Positions 36,282 through 45,192 of a stretch of 64,000 bases of DNA are shown here, one piece after another. The stretch comes from Candidatus Shapirobacteria bacterium (GTDB lineage Bacteria; Patescibacteriota; Microgenomatia; UBA12405). Every line of letters begins with the position of its first letter. The first letter of the stretch is position 1. A program made the translations under genes and the position numbers. The notes beneath the pieces are model-generated. The model ran no database searches. It saw only the letters and a list, made by a program, of their open reading frames with translations, and had not been told where the DNA came from. The DNA lies in contig JAQWFB010000001.1 in assembly GCA_028704635.1 (NCBI GenBank), positions 5,541-69,540 of the forward strand, written 5' to 3'.

Positions 36282-36929
36282 ATGCACCTCTATGGCCTAA
36301 TCCTAGGAATCTGTTTTGTCATCGGTATCACTTATTTCCAAAAAAATAATAAAATTATTCCCAAAAATAAAGAAAATATTTTCCTTATTTTTCTTCTAAT
36401 ATTCGGAATTATTGGCGCTCGAACTTATTCTATTATTCAAAATTGGCATTATTTTTCTCAAAACCCAATTCAAATCCTAAATCTCCCCGGTGGTGGACTT
36501 GGAATTTATGGCAGCCTAATTTTCGGAATTTTATTTATTTTTCTTTTTTCTCAGAAAAATAAAATTGGTTTTTTAAAAATAACCAATACTCTTGTCCCCA
36601 TCATTCCTCTTTGTCAAAGTTTCGGTCGCTTCGGTAATTTTTTTAATCATGAAATTTACGGCATTAATAACCAACCAGTTTGGTTTTATGAATCAGTTTT
36701 ATTATTTATTTTATTTTTAATTTTTCAAAAAATAAAAACTCACCAAACCGCCATTTATTTGATTTATTATGGAATCATTAGATTTTTCCTCGAATTTATT
36801 CGCCTCGACACCATTCCTATTTATTTTTTAACATTTGCCCAAATTTTAAGCCTTTCTTTTATTTTAATTGGCTTTATAATAATCATGTATGAAAATTCTA
36901 GTAATAAACCCAGGCTCCACCAGCACTAA
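36282..36929 (+). CDS. lgt: Prolipoprotein diacylglyceryl transferase
   Basis: YGL, IIGAR, GGLGIYG, GRFGNFFNHEIYG, YES, RFFLEFIR. Confidence 0.9.
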   Translation: MHLYGLILGICFVIGITYFQKNNKIIPKNKENIFLIFLLIFGIIGARTYSIIQNWHYFSQNPIQILNLPGGGLGIYGSLIFGILFIFLFSQKNKIGFLKITNTLVPIIPLCQSFGRFGNFFNHEIYGINNQPVWFYESVLLFILFLIFQKIKTHQTAIYLIYYGIIRFFLEFIRLDTIPIYFLTFAQILSLSFILIGFIIIMYENSSNKPRLHQH

Positions 36930-37968
36930 AATAGCTGTTTTTGAAGATAAAGAACTTATTTTCGAATTAAAACTTGATCACACTAAAGATCCAGAATTCC
37001 AAAAAGAATTTAGTAAACCCGGCAATGTTATGGATCAATATAATTATCGTTTCAAATGTGTCGCCCAAGCTCTAAAAGAAAATGATATTATTCAACTCGA
37101 CGCCATTGTTGGTCGCGGCGGAATGCTTCCTCCTGTAACCTCCGGTACTTATTTAATCAATGAGAAAATGATTGACGATTTAAAAAATCGTCCTCAAGCC
37201 AACCATGCCTCAAATCTTGGTGCTCCAATTGCTTTTGAATTAGCCAAAAAATTTAATATTACTCAATCATTCATTGTTGACCCTGTCACCACTGACGAAA
37301 TTGAATTAAAACACAAAGTCACTGGTATACCAGGAATCCAACGTTACGCCGGCTGGCACGCTTTAAACCAGAAGGCTGTATCTCGTAAATATGCCGAATC
37401 TGTAGGTAAAAAATACGAAGATTTAAATTTAATTGTCGCTCACCTTGGTGGTGGTTTTTCTTTTGGCGCCCACAAAAAAGGACGAACCATTAATGTCACC
37501 AATGCTCTTGCTGGTGAAGGTCCAATGAGTCCAGAAAGATCCGGTCAAGTTCCAGCTCAAGGCCTAATCGATTTGTGTTTTTCTGGTAAATACACCAAAG
37601 AAGAGGTTATGAATAAAGTTCTTGGTGGTGGTGGTCTTTTTGCCCATCTTGGCACTAAAGATGTTCAAGAATTAGAGAAAAAATATGACACTTTAAATAA
37701 ACAAGACAAAGATGTTGTTGATGAAATGATCGCTGGAGTTTCTCGATCGGTTTGTTCAATGATTCCTGATTTTGAAGGTGAAGAAATTGATCAAATTATT
37801 TTAACCGGTGGTGTTGCTTATTGGAAACTTTTAACTGATAAAATTAAACAAGACGTTTTTGCCACTAAAATAGGCGTTACTGTCTATCCAGGTGAAAAAG
37901 AACTTGAAGCCCTTCGCGATGCTGCTATCCGAGTTTTAACTGATGAAGAAAACGCCAAAGAATATTAA
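36889..37968 (+). CDS. buk: Butyrate kinase
   Basis: ILVINPGSTSTKIA, GRGG, HASNLG, VDPV, HALNQKAV, AHLGGG, GPMSPERSG. Confidence 0.95.
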   Translation: MKILVINPGSTSTKIAVFEDKELIFELKLDHTKDPEFQKEFSKPGNVMDQYNYRFKCVAQALKENDIIQLDAIVGRGGMLPPVTSGTYLINEKMIDDLKNRPQANHASNLGAPIAFELAKKFNITQSFIVDPVTTDEIELKHKVTGIPGIQRYAGWHALNQKAVSRKYAESVGKKYEDLNLIVAHLGGGFSFGAHKKGRTINVTNALAGEGPMSPERSGQVPAQGLIDLCFSGKYTKEEVMNKVLGGGGLFAHLGTKDVQELEKKYDTLNKQDKDVVDEMIAGVSRSVCSMIPDFEGEEIDQIILTGGVAYWKLLTDKIKQDVFATKIGVTVYPGEKELEALRDAAIRVLTDEENAKEY

Positions 37969-37969
37969 T

Positions 37970-38635
37970 CTACCAGTTTATTGGTTTTTTATCATTAAAA
38001 ATCAAATAGGCATTTGTTTGGGAAAATGGCTTTGATCCAAAAAATCCATTGTAAGCTGAAAAAGGGGAAGGGTGAGTTGATGTAATCACTAAATGTTTTG
38101 ATTGATCAATCACACTTCCTTTCTTTTGGGCATATCCGCCCCACAAAATAAAAACTAAATTTTCTTTTTGATCCGACAAAATTTTTACCACTGCGTCAGT
38201 GAATTGTTCCCAGCCTTTATTTTGATGTGAACCAGCCATATGTGCTTGCACTGTCAAGGTTGCATTTAACATCAATACTCCCTGTTTTGCCCAATTTTCT
38301 AAATTTCCATTTTTATTAATTGTTTTTTGTCCTAAATCGCTTTCTATTTCTTTATAAATATTTACCAAGGATGGAGGAGTTACCACCCCATCATTTACCG
38401 AAAATGCCAATCCATTGGCCTGATTCACACCATGGTATGGATCCTGCCCTAAGATTACCACTTTAACTTCATCAAAAGGTGTTAATTCAAAGGCGTTAAA
38501 AATAAATTTTGCTGGTGGATAAACTGTTGTTTTTTTATATTCCGATTTTACAAATTCCGTTAATTTAGAAAAATACTCCTCACCAAATTCTTTTTGTAAA
38601 ACCTTTTTCCAACTTGGTTCTATTTTTACTTCCAT
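37970..38635 (-). CDS. ung: Uracil-DNA glycosylase
   Basis: GQDPYH, PPSLVNIYKE, HPSPFS. Confidence 0.97.
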   Translation of the reverse strand: MEVKIEPSWKKVLQKEFGEEYFSKLTEFVKSEYKKTTVYPPAKFIFNAFELTPFDEVKVVILGQDPYHGVNQANGLAFSVNDGVVTPPSLVNIYKEIESDLGQKTINKNGNLENWAKQGVLMLNATLTVQAHMAGSHQNKGWEQFTDAVVKILSDQKENLVFILWGGYAQKKGSVIDQSKHLVITSTHPSPFSAYNGFFGSKPFSQTNAYLIFNDKKPINW

Positions 38636-38691
38636 AAATACATATTATACTCAAAAATAAATATTCATTGGATTGTTATAATAAAACAATC

Positions 38692-39306
38692 ATGACAATT
38701 ATTTATTTAATTCTGTTTTTTATAATCGGTTATTTTGTTGGCAGTATTCCATTCGGCTATTTAATCGGAAAAGTTAAAAATATTGATATCCGTCAATCTG
38801 GCAGCGGCAACATTGGCGCCACCAATGTTTATCGTAAATTAGGATTATGCCCAGCAATTTTGGCTGGTTCTCTTGATTTTTTCAAAGCTTATTTTATTAT
38901 TTTACTATTTTTTTCATTCAATAATATTCCTTTAACTTTAAAATTAATTTTATCGATTTCGCCAATCATTGGACACATTTTTCCTATTTGGTTTAAATTC
39001 CAGGGAGGAAAAGGAGTCGCTTCAACTTTCGGACTTCTTACCGCTATTTTTGGCTGGAAGTTTATCATTTTATGGCTTATTGTTTGGATAATTCTATTAT
39101 TAATCACTCACCTTATGAGTTTAATTAATTTATCCATGTCTTTAGCGCTACCAATTATTCTTTGTTTACATTTTCAAACCATACCTGCTTTAATTTTCGG
39201 AATATGTCTTACTTCTACTATTTGGTGGACACATAGACAAAACATTAAAAGATTATTAAAAGGAAATGAAAACAAGATATACTTTTATAAGTTAAATAAA
39301 AAATGA
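38692..39306 (+). CDS. plsY: Acyl-phosphate:glycerol-3-phosphate acyltransferase
   Basis: GSIPFG, DIRQSGSGNIGATNVYR, GHIFPIW..FQGGKGVA, HRQNIKRL. Confidence 0.95.
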   Translation: MTIIYLILFFIIGYFVGSIPFGYLIGKVKNIDIRQSGSGNIGATNVYRKLGLCPAILAGSLDFFKAYFIILLFFSFNNIPLTLKLILSISPIIGHIFPIWFKFQGGKGVASTFGLLTAIFGWKFIILWLIVWIILLLITHLMSLINLSMSLALPIILCLHFQTIPALIFGICLTSTIWWTHRQNIKRLLKGNENKIYFYKLNKK

Positions 39307-39956
39307 ACGATTTTTGCACCAACATTATTAATAACCTTAGTTTTACTCAATCACCATGGATTAATGCCTTAAGTCTTTTTTTAGTAGGCTTCCTTCTGTC
39401 AATATGGATTAAAAGTATTTTCCTTTCATTTCTAAAGAAGATTCAATTTAATACTGCTTTAGAACGAATTGGTTTTAATGAATTTGTCCATAATATCGAT
39501 CAAAAAATTCAAATAGAAAAATTTATCGGTTTTCTCATCCAATTTTTTCTTATATTAGTTTTTCTTATGTTTTCTTTTGAAATACTTCAACTTCATACAT
39601 CTTTTAATCTTTTAGACAAAATCATTTCTTATTATCCTAACATTCTCATTTCCATAATTATTTTTATTATTGCCATTTATGCTATCGATTTTTCCCAAAA
39701 AATTGTTATTGGTACCAAAACATCAAAAAAAATAACTTATTCCCGATCATTTGCTAAAATAATCGATTTGTCTATTAGAGTTTTAACAATCCTCGCCATA
39801 CTTTATCAACTGCAAATTATTCCTCAGCTTATTATCATTATCTTTATTGGTATTGTTCTTACTATTAGTCTTTCTGTCGGTACTTCTTTTGGTCTAGCAG
39901 CTAAAAAACCCATGGCTCGTATCGTTAAAAAGCTTGGTAGTATTTTTAAGTTTTAA
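39303..39956 (+). CDS. Conserved TM-helix (CmpX/MscS-associated) membrane protein
   Basis: Multi-TM; YYPNILISIII, LAILYQLQI, SVGTSFGL. Confidence 0.7.
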   Translation: MNDFCTNIINNLSFTQSPWINALSLFLVGFLLSIWIKSIFLSFLKKIQFNTALERIGFNEFVHNIDQKIQIEKFIGFLIQFFLILVFLMFSFEILQLHTSFNLLDKIISYYPNILISIIIFIIAIYAIDFSQKIVIGTKTSKKITYSRSFAKIIDLSIRVLTILAILYQLQIIPQLIIIIFIGIVLTISLSVGTSFGLAAKKPMARIVKKLGSIFKF

Positions 39957-39967
39957 CGATAAAATTC

Positions 39968-41749
39968 ATGAATCACCAAACTATTCAAAAAATGTTGATT
40001 GGTGCCTATCAAAAGGTCTCTAATAAAAAAGAAGCTATCAATGCTATTAATATTTTCCCCGTACCAGACCAAGATACTGGTGATAATTTAGCCTTTACTT
40101 TGCAAGGTATTTTTGACGCCACCAACAAAAAAACCTTCATTAATATGATCGATTTAAAAAACGCCGCCATTGATGGCGCTATTTGTAATGCTTCGGGAAA
40201 TGTTGGCATTATAACCACTGGTTTTTTAAATGGATTTTTGTCCAATTTATCAGATAACATTTCTACCGCAAATTTTGTTCAAGCTTTTAATTTTGGACTA
40301 TCTTCGGCTTATAATTCTATCCAAAACCCAAAAGAAGGAACCATTTTAGATGTCATCAAAGGTGCAAACGACAGTCTTTCTCAAGAAATAGATTCGTCTG
40401 ATATTAAAAAAATATTAAAAAATACCATTGTTTCCGCAAAAAAAGCCTTAGATGATACTCAATTAAAAATGGAGCTTTATAAACGAGCTGGAACTGTAGA
40501 CGCTGGTGGATACGGATTTCTCCTTATCCTTGAAGGATTCCTCGAAAGTTTAAATAAAAAAACAAATTATCACGACACCGATAAAAAACCCGTCATCCAA
40601 ACTGGCAGTTTTTTTCAAATTATTTCCCACCGCTACGAAGTCATTTCATTATTAGAATCTCTAACTACCAACAAAAAAACAATCATTAAGCAACTAATCA
40701 ATTATGGTGATTGTCTTGATATTATCGAAGCCAATCAAAAAATAAAAATTCATATTCACACCGATACACCGGACAATGTCGTTGAATTAATTTCCACCTT
40801 TGGGTCAGTAGTTCACATGCGAACCACTGATATGACTCAACAAATAGATCAAATAAAAAATTCCAAAAAATCGGTTGGTTTGGTTGTAGATGACGCTTCT
40901 GGCTTAGATATCGATTTTGCAATTAAACACGATATAGTTTTTGTTCCTTTTAAAACATCTTGGGAAAAAGTAGACAAAAAATCTTCTTATAAAAATCTCT
41001 CTATTTACCAAAAAATGGAACTTTTTAAAGATAAAACTGAAGAATATGGTTGGCCTAAAACTTCACAACCAACATTACAAAGTTTTTACAATAGTTTTAA
41101 AGAACAATTACAAAAATATAATTATGTTATTTGTATTACTGCCTCAACCGTTATTTCCGGTTCATACAATTCCGCAATTCAAGCTCGTTCATTATTATCG
41201 AATGAAGATCAAAAAAGAATCATTATTCCTGATTTAAAACAATTTGGACCTGGTCAATCATTATTAACCATAAAAGCTGTTAAGTTAATTGAACAAGAAT
41301 ATACTTATAAACAAATTGAAAAACAATTAATGTCTTTTACAAAAAATATTGACACTTTTGGTACTCCAAAAAATATAATTTGGATTACTACTGGAGGAAG
41401 AGTTAATGGAACAATCGCCAAAATAGCTCATTTTTTTCAAAAAATAAAAATTAGACCAATGTTTTTATTAACCACTAAAACTATTTCTCTCAAAAAAATA
41501 TACTTTGGAGACAAACCTTTATCAACCTTATTTGTTCACTATCTTAATCAAAAATATTATTCATCAAACGGCCCATTAAAATTAGTTATTCAACATGGTG
41601 ATGATGATTTGGAATTAAAAAAAATTAAGCAGATGCTCGACCCAAATCGTTTTAAAATTATTCAAGAAACAATTTTGTCACCAGTTATTGGTATTCACAC
41701 TGGCCCTGGCACTTTTATTATTGGAATACTAAAACCATCTAAAAAATGA
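39968..41749 (+). CDS. DAK2 (FakA) - DegV (FakB) fusion, fatty acid kinase
   Basis: N-half INIFPVPDQDTGDN, GNVG, PKEGTILDV, VDAGGYG, KIHIHT; C-half PKTSQP, SGSYNSA, GGRV, VIGIHTGPG. Confidence 0.92.
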   Translation: MNHQTIQKMLIGAYQKVSNKKEAINAINIFPVPDQDTGDNLAFTLQGIFDATNKKTFINMIDLKNAAIDGAICNASGNVGIITTGFLNGFLSNLSDNISTANFVQAFNFGLSSAYNSIQNPKEGTILDVIKGANDSLSQEIDSSDIKKILKNTIVSAKKALDDTQLKMELYKRAGTVDAGGYGFLLILEGFLESLNKKTNYHDTDKKPVIQTGSFFQIISHRYEVISLLESLTTNKKTIIKQLINYGDCLDIIEANQKIKIHIHTDTPDNVVELISTFGSVVHMRTTDMTQQIDQIKNSKKSVGLVVDDASGLDIDFAIKHDIVFVPFKTSWEKVDKKSSYKNLSIYQKMELFKDKTEEYGWPKTSQPTLQSFYNSFKEQLQKYNYVICITASTVISGSYNSAIQARSLLSNEDQKRIIIPDLKQFGPGQSLLTIKAVKLIEQEYTYKQIEKQLMSFTKNIDTFGTPKNIIWITTGGRVNGTIAKIAHFFQKIKIRPMFLLTTKTISLKKIYFGDKPLSTLFVHYLNQKYYSSNGPLKLVIQHGDDDLELKKIKQMLDPNRFKIIQETILSPVIGIHTGPGTFIIGILKPSKK

Positions 41750-42396
41750 ATTATCTTCAAATTTGTTTAATCGCCTATCTTTTTGGTAGTTTTCCAACTG
41801 CCTTAATTATTGTCAAATTGTTCGCTAAAAAAGATGTTCGATCAGAAGAATCCGGCAATATGGGAGCCATGAATACCTTACGAATGGTCAAAAAAAACAA
41901 AGGATTAACACTGGCCATTATCGCTTTTCTTATAGTCTGGTTAACCGACTGCGCCAAAGCAATTTTTGCAATAATAATCACCCAATATTTAATACCAAAT
42001 TCAGTTTTAGTTATCACCTTGGCTTCATTTTTTGTTGTTTTAGGACATAATTATCCAATCTGGCTCAAAGGTAAAGGCGGCAGGGGAGCCTCATCTTTAA
42101 TGGGAATTTTAATGTATTTAAATTGGCCAGTTTTTTTTTATTGGCTCATCACTGTTTTTCTTGGGTCAGTTATTACTGAACTAATTATCAGAATTATAAA
42201 AAAACAATCTTTCGTTTTTAAAACTATTTTTAAGGCCATTTCTGACCAAATAGCCGGCCGACTCATAGGTGAGATTTTAGCCGTTTTTATGGTTTATTTT
42301 GTTGATCGTCAACTATTTTATCCAGTTTTATTTACCACTATTTTAATTATCTATCGACACAAAGATCGTCTAATTAAACAATTGATCCAAAATTAA
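41746..42396 (+). CDS. plsY: Second PlsY-family acyltransferase
   Basis: GSFPTA, DVRSEESGNMGAMN, GHNYPIWLKGKGGRG. Confidence 0.88.
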   Translation: MNYLQICLIAYLFGSFPTALIIVKLFAKKDVRSEESGNMGAMNTLRMVKKNKGLTLAIIAFLIVWLTDCAKAIFAIIITQYLIPNSVLVITLASFFVVLGHNYPIWLKGKGGRGASSLMGILMYLNWPVFFYWLITVFLGSVITELIIRIIKKQSFVFKTIFKAISDQIAGRLIGEILAVFMVYFVDRQLFYPVLFTTILIIYRHKDRLIKQLIQN

Positions 42397-42405
42397 CAAA
42401 AAAAA

Positions 42406-42452
42406 AGGCTGTAGATTTTATAAACACATTTCTGTGCAAAATCTACAGCCTT
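42406..42452. terminator. Hairpin between convergent plsY and pgsA
   Basis: aggctgtagatttt...aaaatctacagcct. Confidence 0.7.
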
Positions 42453-42461
42453 AAAGTACCC

Positions 42462-43076
42462 TTACTCTGATTTTTTTGAAATATTTTTTTTATTTATAAA
42501 AAGATTACGATAGCCAATTAAACCAATAATAGCAATCGCAGTAGAGGTATACATGACCAATTGTCCTGGAATTAATAACCAGTTAACACCACTAGCTGAA
42601 ATAAAAAGCATTATTAATCCGACATATTGAGAAAAAGTTTTTGCTTTACCCCAATTACTAGCAGATACTACCTCATTATTTTTATCTTTGATAAGTAATC
42701 GGATAAAATCCACTAAAAACTCTCTAGAAAAAACAATCCAAAGTACCCAAAAAGTTAACAAACCAGACTCATTTGCTATCAATAATCCTGCGACCATTGT
42801 CAATTTGTCAGCTATTGGATCAAATGTAGCCCCAAAATCCGTCACCTGTTTTAAATAACGAGCAATTGGACCATCTAATAAATCTGTTAATCCAGACAAA
42901 AAATAAATTGCAGCAACTAACCACCATGCATCCTGTATTTTCCACGCCACTACAGTAGATACTAAAAAAAATGGAATTAAAAAGATACGAGAAACCGTCA
43001 ACTTATTGGCAATATTCAACCCCTTTTCCTCCTCACTAATTTTAAAAATATTCAGATTATCAAAGAACTGTATCAA
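42462..43076 (-). CDS. pgsA: CDP-alcohol phosphatidyltransferase (PgsA-like)
   Basis: NIANKLTVSR, TDLLDGPIAR...TDFGATFDPIADK, SRE, GKAKT. Confidence 0.9.
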   Translation of the reverse strand: MIQFFDNLNIFKISEEEKGLNIANKLTVSRIFLIPFFLVSTVVAWKIQDAWWLVAAIYFLSGLTDLLDGPIARYLKQVTDFGATFDPIADKLTMVAGLLIANESGLLTFWVLWIVFSREFLVDFIRLLIKDKNNEVVSASNWGKAKTFSQYVGLIMLFISASGVNWLLIPGQLVMYTSTAIAIIGLIGYRNLFINKKNISKKSE

Positions 43077-43205
43077 TTAGATCTAGTGCGATACTAGTAA
43101 ATCAATATAGTAGGCAATTTTAACACAGCAAAAAAAATACCCCCACTTTAAAACTTAGATTTATACCATAATGGTATAAAAATGTTTCTCAGTTAAGGGG
43201 GTTTA

Positions 43206-43589
43206 TTAATCTTGTCGCTTCGAATTTATCTTAGGAATATGTACCCACCCAAACGCAATACTCATCAATAATCCAATCCAAAAAAATGAGAAGTTGATAG
43301 TAAACCAATGAGTTAGGCTTGAAGTAGCCCAAAGAATAATCCAACCTTGGATAAACATCATTATTGGTAGTGTTAAACATCCTATAAAACAGGTAGTAAA
43401 TATGAAAGTTAAATATAACCAATCAAAGATTACCTCCACCAACCAAGCAACAAGTGCTGTCATTATAAATACTTGCCAAAGAGAAATTTCCACATTAAAA
43501 CTAATCCAACCAAGCGAAGAAAAAACCCACAACCAACCTGCATTAATGAATAAATTACCAATAACCCGAAGTACTCTTGCAATTTCCAT
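43206..43589 (-). CDS. Small 4-TM membrane protein (holin superfamily IV/YvlD-like)
   Basis: Four hydrophobic segments, 127 aa. Confidence 0.55.
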   Translation of the reverse strand: MEIARVLRVIGNLFINAGWLWVFSSLGWISFNVEISLWQVFIMTALVAWLVEVIFDWLYLTFIFTTCFIGCLTLPIMMFIQGWIILWATSSLTHWFTINFSFFWIGLLMSIAFGWVHIPKINSKRQD

Positions 43590-43772
43590 TTCACTCTTCC
43601 TTTCAAATTTGATTTTTGTGTGATTAATGTGCGAGAAACAATAAATAAATCAATAAATTTAGAATAACTTTTTATCCGATTTATCGATCTTTATTAGGTG
43701 AAAATATATCAAAATGTATACACTTTATCAAAATCACACAACATAAAAGCTTTTAATTTAGAATTATTTTTG

Positions 43773-43845
43773 TGACTCCAGTGGGAGTCGAACCCACGAT
43801 TGCCTGGATGAAAACCAGGAGTCCTAACCACTAGACGATGGAGCC
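43773..43845 (-). tRNA. tRNA-Glu(TTC)
   Basis: Reverse complement GGCTCCATCGTCTAGTGGTTAGGACTCCTGGTTTTCATCCAGGCAATCGTGGGTTCGACTCCCACTGGAGTCA. Confidence 0.95.
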
Positions 43846-43902
43846 ATTTAGTGACAAAGGTATTTTATCAAAACATATCGAGTTTTTCATCAAACAAATT
43901 AA

Positions 43903-43968
43903 TTTCTCCCTTTTTTAAGGCGTTAGTCCCGCTATTGCGGGAGGAGATGTCTGAAGGACAGAGAGGTT
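43903..43968. repeat. REP-like composite palindrome
   Basis: tctccc-ttttttaagg-[cgttag TCCCGC-tatt-GCGGGA]-ggaga TGTC-tgaag-GACA gagagg. Confidence 0.45.
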
Positions 43969-43989
43969 TTGTTTTGATAAACTATCCTA

Positions 43990-44610
43990 ATGATTTATAT
44001 CTTCCACGGCGACAACCAACTTGAAAGCCGCCGATCATTCAGTGATTTTTTGGATCAAAACAAAAATATCGACATTCTTCGCTTAGATTCCAAAAACATT
44101 ACTGTAGATCAAGTAAATCTTTTTCTCCAAGAATCATCCCTTTTTAATAGTAAAAAAATACTAAGCATAAGCAATTTATTCTCCACTAATAAATCAATAA
44201 TTGATCAAATCAATAAATTAATTAATCAAATTGAAAATATCGATGTTGTTATTTGGCAAGACAAAACCATAACTCCAACCCAACTTAAAACTTTTAAAAC
44301 TGCCCAAGTTAAAAACTTTCCCCTCGACAACAAGTTATTTTCTTGTCTTAATTCCATTAAACCAAAAAATATCACCAAAGTTATTCCACTTTATCATCAA
44401 GTTATTGATTTTGGTCTTTATGACCTTTTTCTTTATTTTTTGAAAAATAATTTTCGAAAACAATTAACCTCTTATCCAAAATTTGATTTACAAACCACAA
44501 AACGAATTTATCTTCAATTAATTGAATTGGATTTTAAAAACAAAACAGGGGAATTAACCATTCCTAAAGAATTAGCTTTAGAACGCATCTTGGTTAATTT
44601 AACCAAATAA
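43990..44610 (+). CDS. holA: DNA polymerase III delta subunit-like (short form)
   Basis: MIYIFHGD, SLFNSKK, C-terminal LIELDFKNKTG...LALE. Confidence 0.7.
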   Translation: MIYIFHGDNQLESRRSFSDFLDQNKNIDILRLDSKNITVDQVNLFLQESSLFNSKKILSISNLFSTNKSIIDQINKLINQIENIDVVIWQDKTITPTQLKTFKTAQVKNFPLDNKLFSCLNSIKPKNITKVIPLYHQVIDFGLYDLFLYFLKNNFRKQLTSYPKFDLQTTKRIYLQLIELDFKNKTGELTIPKELALERILVNLTK

Positions 44611-44631
44611 TTAAAATGTTAAAATCCAAAT

Positions 44632-45048
44632 ATGGATCTAAAAGAATTATTTTACACAAAAAATATTATTAAACCTTGGGGAGAAGAAATAATTTACACT
44701 CCAGAAAATTTAAATTACACTTTTAAACAAATTAAGATAAACAATGGTCACCGTTTATCTCTTCAATCACATACCGAAAAAGTGGAAACATTTGTATTAA
44801 TAGAAGGGGAGGCTGATTTGATTGTTGGACCAGATTTAGATCATTTAGAAACTATTCATATGGAAATTAAAAAAGGTTACAATGTTCCAATTGGAACAAT
44901 TCACCGAATGGCTGGAATCAAAAACGCTATCATTCTAGAAGGCTCCACTCCAGAAACAGGCACCACTATTCGCTACCAAGACGACTACAGTCGCCCCAAT
45001 GAAACCGAAGAAATTAGAAAACAAGACAATCGAGGCTGGAAAGAATAG
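44632..45048 (+). CDS. Cupin (mannose-6-phosphate isomerase type II-like)
   Basis: KPWG, RLSLQSH..KVET, GTIHR, RYQDDY. Confidence 0.85.
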   Translation: MDLKELFYTKNIIKPWGEEIIYTPENLNYTFKQIKINNGHRLSLQSHTEKVETFVLIEGEADLIVGPDLDHLETIHMEIKKGYNVPIGTIHRMAGIKNAIILEGSTPETGTTIRYQDDYSRPNETEEIRKQDNRGWKE

Positions 45049-45192
45049 TTTGATTTATTTTGATATAGTCAATTTTTACCCTAAAGACAGGTTAATTTAA
45101 AAAAATAGGTTTAGTTAGCAATCAAACGTATTGTCTGCTAATTACATAAACGTCTCTTTCTTTTTATTTAATAAATCTGTATTATTTTATAT

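Noticed and set aside
45050-45190. Possible riboswitch upstream of ppsA (ttagca...tgctaa stem)
   Set aside because: No recognisable aptamer consensus; a single weak stem only.
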